A stretch of 64,000 nucleotides of DNA from Candidatus Dormiibacterota bacterium. GTDB taxonomy: Bacteria > Chloroflexota > Dormibacteria > Aeolococcales > Aeolococcaceae. The notes beneath the pieces were generated by a model that saw nothing but the letters and a program-made list of their open reading frames with translations, searched no databases and was not told the origin of the DNA. The position numbers and the translations under genes were made by a program. Below, one piece after another: positions 48,500 to 57,304 of the stretch (positions are counted from its first letter, which is position 1; each line of letters begins with the position of its first letter). The stretch spans positions 5,502 to 69,501 of the forward strand of contig DATBPD010000107.1 of NCBI GenBank assembly GCA_036561525.1, in the 5' to 3' direction.

Positions 48500-49065
48500 G
48501 CGCGACCGAGAGCCAGGCTTCCCGCGTGGCCGTGCACGTGTCCGGCAGCGTGGCGGCGTACAAAGCGTGCGAGGTGATCACGGCGCTGCGCAAAGAGGGC
48601 TGTGAGGTGCGTGTCGCCATGACCATGAGCGCACGCCGCTTCATCACGGCGATCACCTTGCAAAGCCTCAGCGGGCACCCTGTGCTCGACGACGTCTGGG
48701 AGGAGGCCGGCACCACCCATGGAATGGGACACATCCACCTCGGATCGTGGGCCGAGGTGCACCTCGCGGTTGCTGCATCCGCCAACCTGATCGCGCGGCT
48801 GGCGCACGGGCTGGCCGACGATGCTGTGACCGCGGCTGTGCTGGCCAGCCGCGCCCCACTCCTGGTTGCGCCGGCGATGGAGACCGCGATGTGGGAACAC
48901 CCGGCGACACGCACCAACGTCGAGGTTCTGCGTTCACGCCGTGTCGAGTTCATCGGACCAGTCAGCGGCCGGTTGGCGAGCGGCGCGGACGGCGTCGGCC
49001 GCATGGCCGACGTCGCCACTGTCGTGGAGGCAACTCTCGCGCAGTTGCGCGCCGGCGGAGGCTGA
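48496..49065 (+). CDS. coaC: phosphopantothenoylcysteine decarboxylase (flavoprotein domain, stand-alone ORF)
   Basis: It has SGSVAAYKA, PAMETAMWEHP and GRMA motifs. It ends at TGA 49063-49065. Confidence 0.85.
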   Translation: MSATESQASRVAVHVSGSVAAYKACEVITALRKEGCEVRVAMTMSARRFITAITLQSLSGHPVLDDVWEEAGTTHGMGHIHLGSWAEVHLAVAASANLIARLAHGLADDAVTAAVLASRAPLLVAPAMETAMWEHPATRTNVEVLRSRRVEFIGPVSGRLASGADGVGRMADVATVVEATLAQLRAGGG

Positions 49066-49084
49066 CACGGCGGGACGTGGCACA

Positions 49085-49780
49085 GTGCGCCCCGCTGTGC
49101 CCCGACCAACCCCGCCGTTCGCCGGCCGGCGCGTTGTCGTCACCGCCGGGGGCACACGCGAACCCATCGACGCGGTGCGCTACCTCAGCAATCGCAGCAG
49201 CGGCCGGATGGGGAATGCCATCGCGCTGGCTGCGGCCGAGCGCGGCGCCAGGGTGACCCTGATCACCACGGTTGCCGCTCCCGATCATCCGGATGTCACG
49301 GTGGTGTGCGTCGAGACCGCCGACGAGATGCAGGCAGCGGTGCGCAGCGCGTTGGCCGGTGCCACGGTGCTGGTGATGGCGGCGGCCGTCGCTGATTACC
49401 GGGTGGCCGACATCGCTCCCCGCAAGCTCAAGAAGCGTGACTCGCTGATGCTCGACCTGGTGCCCACGGTCGACATCCTCGGTGGCCTTGCCGACGACCC
49501 GGTTCGCCGCGGCGTGCTCGTCGTCGGTTTCGCGGCCGAGACCGATGACATCGAGGCCAACGCGCTCCGCAAGCTTGCCGAGAAGCGGCTCGACCTGATC
49601 GTGCTCAACGACGTCTCGCGTCCTGACATCGGCATGGGCACCGAGGACAACGAGGTGACTGTCTTCGACTCAGACGGCCTGGTGGCGCACATCTCGCGGC
49701 GTGCCAAGACCCAGGTCGCCGGCGCCTTGCTCGACATCGTGGCCGGGCGCCTCACCGGCGCGGGGCGGGTGCGGCGGTGA
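49085..49780 (+). CDS. coaB: phosphopantothenate--cysteine ligase (stand-alone ORF)
   Basis: It has VVVTAGGTREPIDAVRYLSNRSSGRMG and AAAVADYR. It is in a different frame from coaC. The first in-frame start after the coaC stop is GTG at 49085. Confidence 0.8.
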   Translation: MRPAVPRPTPPFAGRRVVVTAGGTREPIDAVRYLSNRSSGRMGNAIALAAAERGARVTLITTVAAPDHPDVTVVCVETADEMQAAVRSALAGATVLVMAAAVADYRVADIAPRKLKKRDSLMLDLVPTVDILGGLADDPVRRGVLVVGFAAETDDIEANALRKLAEKRLDLIVLNDVSRPDIGMGTEDNEVTVFDSDGLVAHISRRAKTQVAGALLDIVAGRLTGAGRVRR

Positions 49781-51834
49781 CGGCACAGGCCGCACCCGCG
49801 GCAGCCCAGGCACCTGCCGACGGCGCATCCGTCGCCTATGTCGCCGTGGTGCCTGATACCGGGGCGATCCTGCCGCAGGATCACTTCACCTACGCGGTGC
49901 CCGCGGACCTCGCCGCCGCCGCGGTGCCCGGCGCGCGCGTCGAGGTGCCGTTCGGACGGCGTTGTGTGCTCGGCTATGTCGTGGGCGCGGAACGCGCCCT
50001 GGCGGACGGCGAGGCCAGGCAGATCAGCGCAGTCCTCGACGAGCCTCCGATCCTCGACGCGGCAGCGCTCGCGCTGGCGCGCTGGATCGCAGACCGCTAC
50101 TGCTCGCCGCTTGGCGAGGTGATCAGGGCGATGCTCCCCAAGGGCGTCCGAGCGGCCCGGCCGGGCGGCCGCAGGCGCAGGCCGCGCACCACCTCCGCCG
50201 CGATGCGTGCGGCCCGGGCGGGCGAGGACGACGCCGCCGAGATCCCGCCCGCCCTGACCGAGCCGCAGCGCGCCGCCGCTGCGCCGCTCCTCGAGGCCAT
50301 CGCCGCCGGCACCCATCGACGGGTGCTGCTCCACGGTGTCACCGGTGCGGGCAAGACCGAGGTGTACCTCGTCGCCATCGCCGCGGCGCTCGCCGCGGAT
50401 CGCCAGGCGATCGTCATGGTCCCCGAGATCGCGCTGACCCCGCAGACCATCCGCCGCTTCGCGGCGAGGTTCCCGGGCCGCGTTGCGGTGCTGCATTCGG
50501 GGCTCACCGAGTCCGAGCGTGCCCGGGAGTGGCGCCGTATCCGCGACGGCAGTCTCGACGTCGTGGTGGGCTCGCGGAGCGCCGTGTTCGCCCCCCTCCC
50601 GCGTCTCGGCGTCATCGTCGTCGACGAGGAGGACGCCAGCGCTTACAAGCAGGACCGCATCCCTCGTTACCACGCCGTCGACGTGGCGCTGGAGCGCGGT
50701 CGACTCCAGCGCGTCCCGGTTGTGCTTGGCAGCGCCACGCCGCGAGTGGAGACGTACTACGCGGCCCACACCGGGGGGTTTGAGCTCGTCAGGCTCGACC
50801 AGCGCATCAGCGGGCGGCCACTGCCACCTATCGAGGTGGTCGACCTGCGCGAGGAGCTGCATGCGGGCAACCGCAGCCCGCTGTCACTCGAGCTGGTGCG
50901 CGCGTTTCGCGAGTGCCACGACGCAGGTGGCCAGTCGATCCTCTTCCTCAACCGCCGCGGCAGCGCCACCGTGGTGGTCTGCCGCAACTGCGGCGAGGCG
51001 ATCAGCTGCGACAGCTGCAGCGTGTCTCTCGTCTACCACGCGCAGCGACGGCGCTGCGACTGCCATTACTGCGGCAATTCCCGACCGCTGCCGGAGGTCT
51101 GCCCGAGCTGCCGGTCGACCGCGATCCGGGGGTTGGGCATGGGCACCGAGCGGCTCGAGGTCGAGGTGCACGAGCGCTTTCCCGAGGTGCGCCTGCTGCG
51201 CATGGACCGCGACACCACAGCGACCCGCGACGCCTACTTCACCATCTACGACCAGTTCGCCCGTCACCAGGCCGACTGCCTGATCGGCACGCAGATGGTT
51301 GCCAAGGGCTGGGACCTCGGCAATGTGCGCCTGGTCGGGATCGTCAACGCCGACGTGTCACTGCACTTCCCCGACTATCGCAGCGGTGAGTCGACGTTCT
51401 CCCTGCTCACCCAGGTGGCAGGGCGCGCCGGTCGCGGCGACGAGCCCGCGCGGGTCATCCTGCAGACCTACAGCCCGCAACACTATGCGGTGCGGCACGC
51501 GACGACGCACGACTATCTCTCGTTTGCACGCGAGGAGATCCGCGTCCGCAAGGCACTTGCCTTCCCACCATACACGCGCATGGTGGTCTGCACCGTCGCC
51601 CACCGTGAGGACGCGCGCGCCGAGCTGGACGCTCGGCAGGCGCTCGCGGAGGTGTCTGATAAACTCGGCGCGGGGTCGGGCCTTGACGTCCTCGGGCCGA
51701 CTCCCGCCTTCCTGCACAGGCTGCGCGGCGAGTACCGCTGGCAGATCACAGTGCGGGGCGAGGTGATCGAGAGGGCCTTCCCGCACCTGCCGCGTGGCCG
51801 CGGTTGGAGCATCGATGTCGATCCAGGACCCTGA
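49777..51834 (+). CDS. priA: primosomal protein N' (replication restart helicase PriA)
   Basis: It has Walker A GVTGAGKTEVY and a Cys-rich zinc module (CRNCG..CDSC...CHYCG...CPSC). Motif II reads DEED instead of the DEEH I recall for E. coli. Confidence 0.9.
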   Translation: MTAQAAPAAAQAPADGASVAYVAVVPDTGAILPQDHFTYAVPADLAAAAVPGARVEVPFGRRCVLGYVVGAERALADGEARQISAVLDEPPILDAAALALARWIADRYCSPLGEVIRAMLPKGVRAARPGGRRRRPRTTSAAMRAARAGEDDAAEIPPALTEPQRAAAAPLLEAIAAGTHRRVLLHGVTGAGKTEVYLVAIAAALAADRQAIVMVPEIALTPQTIRRFAARFPGRVAVLHSGLTESERAREWRRIRDGSLDVVVGSRSAVFAPLPRLGVIVVDEEDASAYKQDRIPRYHAVDVALERGRLQRVPVVLGSATPRVETYYAAHTGGFELVRLDQRISGRPLPPIEVVDLREELHAGNRSPLSLELVRAFRECHDAGGQSILFLNRRGSATVVVCRNCGEAISCDSCSVSLVYHAQRRRCDCHYCGNSRPLPEVCPSCRSTAIRGLGMGTERLEVEVHERFPEVRLLRMDRDTTATRDAYFTIYDQFARHQADCLIGTQMVAKGWDLGNVRLVGIVNADVSLHFPDYRSGESTFSLLTQVAGRAGRGDEPARVILQTYSPQHYAVRHATTHDYLSFAREEIRVRKALAFPPYTRMVVCTVAHREDARAELDARQALAEVSDKLGAGSGLDVLGPTPAFLHRLRGEYRWQITVRGEVIERAFPHLPRGRGWSIDVDPGP

Positions 51835-51842
51835 GGTGACCC

Positions 51843-52358
51843 GTGGCACTGCTCCCCATCGTCCTCTCCACTGACGAGGATCCGATCCTCACCACCAAGG
51901 CGACGCGGGTGCCGCGTGTCGACGACGCCATCCGCAAGCTGATGGACGACATGGTGGAGACCATGATCGACGCCCACGGCGCCGGCCTCGCCGCCCCGCA
52001 GGTGGGGGTGTCGCACCGCGTCATCGTGCTGCGCGTCGACAACCAGGTCTACCAGCTCGCCAACCCGGAGATGGTGCGCTGCGAGGGTGAGCAGACCGGG
52101 ATCGAGGGCTGCCTCTCAGTGCCCGGCCTGATCGGGGAGGTCACCCGCTGCGAGCGCGTCGTCGCCAAGGGCCTGAACCGGCACGGCAAGGAGATCCGCG
52201 TCAAGGGCGACGGACTGCTGGCTCGGGCGATCCAGCACGAGGTCGACCACCTCGACGGGATCCTGTTCACCACCAAGGTGATCGAGGGCACCCTGCGCAG
52301 CTGGGATCCGGCCACCGAGGACCATGCTGAGGCGCTCGAGGGCGAGCTCGTCGGCTGA
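51843..52358 (+). CDS. def: peptide deformylase
   Basis: It has GLAAPQVG, EGCLSVPG and QHEVDHLDG. Confidence 0.95.
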   Translation: MALLPIVLSTDEDPILTTKATRVPRVDDAIRKLMDDMVETMIDAHGAGLAAPQVGVSHRVIVLRVDNQVYQLANPEMVRCEGEQTGIEGCLSVPGLIGEVTRCERVVAKGLNRHGKEIRVKGDGLLARAIQHEVDHLDGILFTTKVIEGTLRSWDPATEDHAEALEGELVG

Positions 52359-52386
52359 TCGCAGCCGTGCGCCAGGACGCATCGTG

Positions 52387-53304
52387 ATGCGCATCGTCTT
52401 CTGCGGGACCGCCGACTTCGCGGTCCCGGCCCTGCGTGGGGTCGCGGACGCGCACGAGGTGCTCGCCGTCATCACCCAACCCGACCGCGCCGGCTCGCGC
52501 GGCCGTCCTGCCGCGCGTCCCGTTGCCGATGCGGCGACGCTGCTCGGCCTGCCGGTGCTGCGGCCCGAGCGCATCCGCGCCCCGGAGAGCGTTGCCACCA
52601 TCCTTGGTCTCGCGCCCGACGCCCTTGTTGTTGCCGCCTATGGCCAGATCATCCCAGCGGATCTGCTCGACACGCCGCCGCTCGGCGGCATCAATGTGCA
52701 CGGCTCGCTGCTGCCACGCTGGCGGGGCGCGGCGCCCGTCGCCGCCGCGATCCTCGCCGGAGACGCCCGCACCGGCGTGTCGATCATGCGCATGGACGCC
52801 GGTCTCGACACCGGTGCGGTGTACGCGACGCGCGCGGTGCCGATCGCGGCGACCGACACCACCCCGCTGCTCACCGAGCGCCTCGCTGCGCACGGCGCCG
52901 GGCTGCTGCTCGAGGTGCTCGAGGCGGCCGCCGCCGGCACGGCAACGGCCACGCCGCAGAATCATGCCCTGGCCACGAACGCGCCCCGGCTGTCGCGCGA
53001 CGACGGCCGCATCGAGTGGTCCGCGTCGGCCGCGCTCGACATCGACCGCCACGTCCGCGCGCTGCTGCCGTGGCCCGGCACCACCGCGCCGCTCGGCGGC
53101 CAGCGCGTTCGAATTCTCGCCGGCGCTGTCAACACTGACGCCGCCGCGGCGGGGTCGCCACCGGGCGAGGTCGTTGCCACGGTCGGGGACGCCATCGACG
53201 TCAGCACCGCGGCGGGGGTGTACCGTGTCGCGTTCGTGCAGCCTCCGGGAGGACGTCCGATGAGCGCGGCGGCTTACCTTCGCGGCCGCCGGCCGGCGGC
53301 CTAG
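52387..53304 (+). CDS. fmt: methionyl-tRNA formyltransferase
   Basis: It has MRIVFCGT and HGSLLPRWRGAAP. GTG at 52384 is an equally possible start. Confidence 0.9.
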   Translation: MRIVFCGTADFAVPALRGVADAHEVLAVITQPDRAGSRGRPAARPVADAATLLGLPVLRPERIRAPESVATILGLAPDALVVAAYGQIIPADLLDTPPLGGINVHGSLLPRWRGAAPVAAAILAGDARTGVSIMRMDAGLDTGAVYATRAVPIAATDTTPLLTERLAAHGAGLLLEVLEAAAAGTATATPQNHALATNAPRLSRDDGRIEWSASAALDIDRHVRALLPWPGTTAPLGGQRVRILAGAVNTDAAAAGSPPGEVVATVGDAIDVSTAAGVYRVAFVQPPGGRPMSAAAYLRGRRPAA

Positions 53305-53309
53305 CGGCC

Positions 53310-53795
53310 ATGGCCAAGGCGAAGTCTGTCAGGGCCACCGACCCGACCCTGGCACGCAACCGGCAGGCATCACACGAATACGAGATCCTGGAGAGGTTCG
53401 AGGCCGGGATCGAGCTCGCCGGCACGGAGGTGAAGGCGCTGCGCGGCGGTCGTACCCAGCTGCGCGAAGGCTATGTTCGAGTCGAGAACGGCGAAGCCTG
53501 GTTGTTGGGGGTCAACATCGCCGAGTACACGCAGGGACACCGTCGCAACCACGAGCCGCAACGCCGCCGCCGGCTGCTTCTGCACAAGCGAGAGATCGAG
53601 TATCTGGGAGCCAAGGTGGCGCAGCAGGGGCTGACGTTGGTGCCGCTGCGAATCTACCTGACCCGCAACCGCATCAAGCTGGAGTTCGGGCTGGCTCGCG
53701 GCAAGAAGCTATGGGACAAGCGCCGTACGATCGCCGAGCGCGACGCCCGCCGTGACGTGGAGCGTGCTACCGCGCGGGCGCAACGCCTGGGCTGA
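53310..53795 (+). CDS. smpB: SsrA-binding protein
   Basis: It has NRQASHEYEILERFEAGIEL.GTEVK and a basic C-terminal tail. Confidence 0.95.
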   Translation: MAKAKSVRATDPTLARNRQASHEYEILERFEAGIELAGTEVKALRGGRTQLREGYVRVENGEAWLLGVNIAEYTQGHRRNHEPQRRRRLLLHKREIEYLGAKVAQQGLTLVPLRIYLTRNRIKLEFGLARGKKLWDKRRTIAERDARRDVERATARAQRLG

Positions 53796-55071
53796 CCGCT
53801 TGAGTGCGCAGCGCGCGCACCATGGTGAGAAGCAGGCCCGCGGCGAGCAGCACCGGCAGCGAGCAGGCCTGGAGGAAGACCCACCACAGAGGTCCCGTGG
53901 AGATGCTGACGATGCTTTCCATGCTGATCGCCGCGATGACGCCGGCCCCGACCACGCCGATGCCGACCAGGGCGGCGACCGTCCACCCGGTCAGGGCGCG
54001 CCGGTGGGCGCCGCGCTCGTAGGCAAGCCCGGCAGCGGCGGCGAGGGCGATGAGCAAGTGGACATACACCGGGTACCAGGCGATCGACCCGACCAACAGC
54101 ATGGCGATGATCCCGCAGGCGAACTCAGCTCCCCGCTCCGCGCGCGACCGCTGCCGTGTGCTCACCACGAACCACAGGGTGGCGATCGTGCCCACCGACA
54201 GCGCCGTGGCCAGCGCGTGCACCCACAGCGAGGGGACATCGTTGGCGAGAACGGAGTGTTGATCGAGCCTGCTGACCACGCCATTCCACGTTTGGTTGTA
54301 GATCCAGCCGTTGTCGCGATTGAGGAAGGGGAAGACCGAGGTGATGTACTGCTGAGTCACCGACCAGCCGAGGGCGACCATCGCCACGGCGACGGATGCT
54401 CCCGCCGCGGCCACCCCGGCGGCGGCGGCGCGCCACCAGCCCCGGCGGGCGACCACCACGAGGAGCACGATCGGGGCAAGCTTGATGCTCGCTGCCACAC
54501 CGAGGACGATCCCGCACCGCGTCCGGTGGCCGGACAGGTAGTCAGACAGAGCCACGGCGAGGAGCAGGAAGATGACCAGGTTCATCTGCCCGTGCCAGAG
54601 GTTGTACGTGGCCGGCGGGAATGTGAGCGCCACGATGATGCCGATGCGTGCACGGGGCCAGGCCGCGGGCAACAACGCCCTCGCGGTGATCACCGCCCCG
54701 GCGACGAGCGCGCCGAGGGACAGCCACAGCCAGCCGATCTCCTGCCAGCGCGCCGACAGCAGGTCGAGCGGCCGGAGGAGCACAGCCGCGAACGGTGGGT
54801 AGATGAACCCCGACATCACGATCGTGCCGCTGTCGAAATTGGCATACGGGCTGGAACCTGCGGCAACGGCATGAGCCGCCTGCGAGTACGCGGCGAAATC
54901 CTCGAACGCCCCGGTGAAGTGCCCGAACACGGGAACCAGCACGAAGTTGTAGGCGGCCGCCACCGAGGCCGCGATCGCGGCGGCCGTGATCAGCAACGAC
55001 AGCATCGACCGCCGGCTGCGCGCCTCCCGTTTTGCTCCAGGCGCGTATTGACGCCTCGTCATCACCGACAC
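53767..55071 (-). CDS. GT87 / DUF2029-family polytopic membrane glycosyltransferase
   Basis: It has about 11 TM segments. An FIYPPFAAVLL motif follows the first loop, as in DUF2029 mannosyltransferase-like proteins. Confidence 0.75.
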   Translation of the reverse strand: MSVMTRRQYAPGAKREARSRRSMLSLLITAAAIAASVAAAYNFVLVPVFGHFTGAFEDFAAYSQAAHAVAAGSSPYANFDSGTIVMSGFIYPPFAAVLLRPLDLLSARWQEIGWLWLSLGALVAGAVITARALLPAAWPRARIGIIVALTFPPATYNLWHGQMNLVIFLLLAVALSDYLSGHRTRCGIVLGVAASIKLAPIVLLVVVARRGWWRAAAAGVAAAGASVAVAMVALGWSVTQQYITSVFPFLNRDNGWIYNQTWNGVVSRLDQHSVLANDVPSLWVHALATALSVGTIATLWFVVSTRQRSRAERGAEFACGIIAMLLVGSIAWYPVYVHLLIALAAAAGLAYERGAHRRALTGWTVAALVGIGVVGAGVIAAISMESIVSISTGPLWWVFLQACSLPVLLAAGLLLTMVRALRTQAVSPGVAPAR

Positions 55072-55145
55072 GCTGCTGAGTTTCGCGGTTGGCGGGTGCG
55101 CAGATCGCCGCGCGGCGCGACCGTTACCCGGGCGCGACCGCCCGG

Positions 55146-56426
55146 TCAGGAGGCGGCGCGACGCGTGTGCTCGGATTCAGGACCCTGCTCAGGCTGGAGT
55201 GGTATGTCGAATGTCGTCCCTGCCGCCATGATCGGGCGGTTGGCACGCGTGTCGGGCACGGCGGCGGCGGCCAGCTGGTCGACAGCGGAGCGGAGCTCGC
55301 GCAGGCCGGTTCCCTTGGTGGCGGAGACGAGCACGGGTGCGAGGCCCGCGATCTCGCCGAGCCGTTGGGCGATCTCGGCGGCCTCCGCGGCGGAGAGGCG
55401 GTCGACCTTGTTGACGGCGAGCACGGCAGGCTGATCACAGTCCATCTCCTCGAGCGTCTCGAGCACCGTCGCCAGCTGCGCCTCGGCGTCGGGATGGGCC
55501 GCGTCGACGACGATCGCCAGCAGGTGCGCCTCGCGCACCTCTTCGAGCGTGGCCGCGAAAGCCTCGACCAGCTCGTGGGGCAGCGACTGGATGAACCCGA
55601 CGGTGTCGGTGACGATGATTCGCCGCCCGCTGGCCAATCCGAGCAGTCGTGAGGTGGGGTCGAGCGTGGCGAACAACAGGTCGTCGGCGAGCACCGTTGA
55701 GTTGGTGAGCCTATTGAGCAGTGTCGACTTGCCGGCGTTGGTGTAGCCGACCAGCGCGCATGACGCCAGCGGCACGGCCGTGCGCGCGGTTCGCCGAGTG
55801 GTGCGCTGCCTCTCGATCGCGCGGAGTCGCAGACGCAACCGGCGCAGCTTCTGGTTGATCAGGCGGCGGTCCACCTCGATCTGCTTCTCACCCATGCCGC
55901 CGCGCATGCCGCCGGTGCCGACGCGCCCGCGCTGCCGCTCCAGGTGAGCCCAGCCCCCGGCCAGGCGGGGCAGCTGGTGCTCGAGCTGTGCCATCTCGAC
56001 CTGGACGCGGCCCTCGGCGCTGCGGGCACGGCGGGCGAAGATGGAGAGGATCACCTCGGTCCGATCGAGCACGGGGACGCCCCACCTCTCCTCGAGGTTG
56101 CGCTGCTGGCGGGGCGAGAGCTGGTCATTGACGAGCGCCGCGGGGCCGCCAAGCTCCTGGATGCGGGCGCCGAGCGCGTCCACGGTGCCGGAGCCGAAGA
56201 AGGTGCCCGGGTGGATCTCGCGGAGTGGCACCGGAGCCCGCTCGACGACCTTGGTGCCGAGGGTGCGTGCCAGCTCCTCGAGCTCGTCGAGCTCGATCTC
56301 CGTCTGTTCGCGGTTCGACCGCCCCAGGAACGCGCCGACGATCAGCACGTTGTCGATGGTTGCGGCGACGCCCGGGTCAGCGCCGCTCTGTCTCTGTCGG
56401 GCCATGTGCGTCCTAGCGTATTGCAT
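55146..56426 (-). CDS. hflX: GTPase HflX
   Basis: It has an HflX N-domain with a coiled linker. The G-domain motifs are GYTNAGKSTLLN, DTVGF and NKVD. Confidence 0.9.
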   Translation of the reverse strand: MQYARTHMARQRQSGADPGVAATIDNVLIVGAFLGRSNREQTEIELDELEELARTLGTKVVERAPVPLREIHPGTFFGSGTVDALGARIQELGGPAALVNDQLSPRQQRNLEERWGVPVLDRTEVILSIFARRARSAEGRVQVEMAQLEHQLPRLAGGWAHLERQRGRVGTGGMRGGMGEKQIEVDRRLINQKLRRLRLRLRAIERQRTTRRTARTAVPLASCALVGYTNAGKSTLLNRLTNSTVLADDLLFATLDPTSRLLGLASGRRIIVTDTVGFIQSLPHELVEAFAATLEEVREAHLLAIVVDAAHPDAEAQLATVLETLEEMDCDQPAVLAVNKVDRLSAAEAAEIAQRLGEIAGLAPVLVSATKGTGLRELRSAVDQLAAAAVPDTRANRPIMAAGTTFDIPLQPEQGPESEHTRRAAS

Positions 56427-56437
56427 CCTCGTTTGGC

Positions 56438-56791
56438 ATGACAGCGAGCCGGGCGCCGCCCCGCCGCTGTGCGATGCTGCTGCTCGTGGCGGCGAGGAGT
56501 GGCGGCGGGGAGCCGGTCCGGGTGTACATCGAGGCCGGCAGGAAGCGCACTTTCGCCGCCGCTCTCGACTGGCCGGGGTGGTGCCGATCGGGTCGCGACG
56601 AGCTGGCGGCGCTTGCCGCGCTGACCGAGCATGGGTCGCGCTATCGCGAGGTGGCTGAGACCGCGGGGGTACCGTTCAAGGTCGGCGAGTTCACGGTGAT
56701 CGAGCGACAGCCGGGGACGCCGACGACCGACTTCGGCGCACCCGACCGCGCTGCCGCCGCTGAGGCCACTCCGCGCGTGGCACGCGCTTGA
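56438..56791 (+). CDS. hypothetical protein (possibly N-terminal fragment of a longer conserved protein)
   Basis: The block VRVYIEAGRKRTFAAALDWPGWCRSGRDE looks like the start of a conserved actinobacterial-type family as I remember it. The ORF stops after 117 aa. The start is uncertain (56438 or ATG 56474). Confidence 0.45.
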   Translation: MTASRAPPRRCAMLLLVAARSGGGEPVRVYIEAGRKRTFAAALDWPGWCRSGRDELAALAALTEHGSRYREVAETAGVPFKVGEFTVIERQPGTPTTDFGAPDRAAAAEATPRVARA

Positions 56792-56828
56792 CCACGCCTG
56801 GGAGCCCGAGAACCGCAGCGAGCCGTAA

Positions 56829-57269
56829 TCAGCTGCGCTTGCGCGGTGCCGGAGTCCCGGGCACGGCCACCGCGCGCACCCGCGGCGGCGGCAGGTCGGC
56901 GATCCGGCAGGGGATGTCGGCGTCCTCGTTGAGGTGGTAGCTGATGCAGATGCGGTGATAGCCGTCCGCGACGGTCAGCAGCCGGTCGTGGTCAAGACCG
57001 CCACGCACCAGCAGGACGGGGGAAAGTCGTTGGCCCTTCTTCACCTTCTTGAAGTCCTTGGCCACCTCAGGGTCGTTGATGGGCAGCAGCGCCAGCCCAC
57101 TGGCACGCAGGAGGTCCTTCGCCTTCCTCGTGGTCAACGTCGCCGAACGCAGGCTGCGCACCAGCTCGCGAACGGTGGGCGGGTCGAACAGGAGGCTCAG
57201 GTAATCGGACGCAGCCGGGTAGTCGTGGGCGGCGGGCGTCTTGGTCCACCGTTCTCTGGGTGCCACCAT
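56829..57269 (-). CDS. small ParB/sulfiredoxin-fold-like protein (146 aa)
   Basis: SPVLLVRGG...LLTVADGYHRICISY resembles the ParB N-terminal/Srx DGxHR core. It has no other domain. Confidence 0.5.
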   Translation of the reverse strand: MVAPRERWTKTPAAHDYPAASDYLSLLFDPPTVRELVRSLRSATLTTRKAKDLLRASGLALLPINDPEVAKDFKKVKKGQRLSPVLLVRGGLDHDRLLTVADGYHRICISYHLNEDADIPCRIADLPPPRVRAVAVPGTPAPRKRS

Positions 57270-57304
57270 GGTCGATCCTCCGCAGGTCGAGGTGGAGCGG
57301 CGGG

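Noticed and set aside
48490-48505. The absence of rpoZ between gmk and coaC, where it sits in many bacteria.
   Set aside because: gmk and coaC overlap (GTGA), so there is simply no room. rpoZ is small and may be elsewhere, and absence from one locus is not informative.
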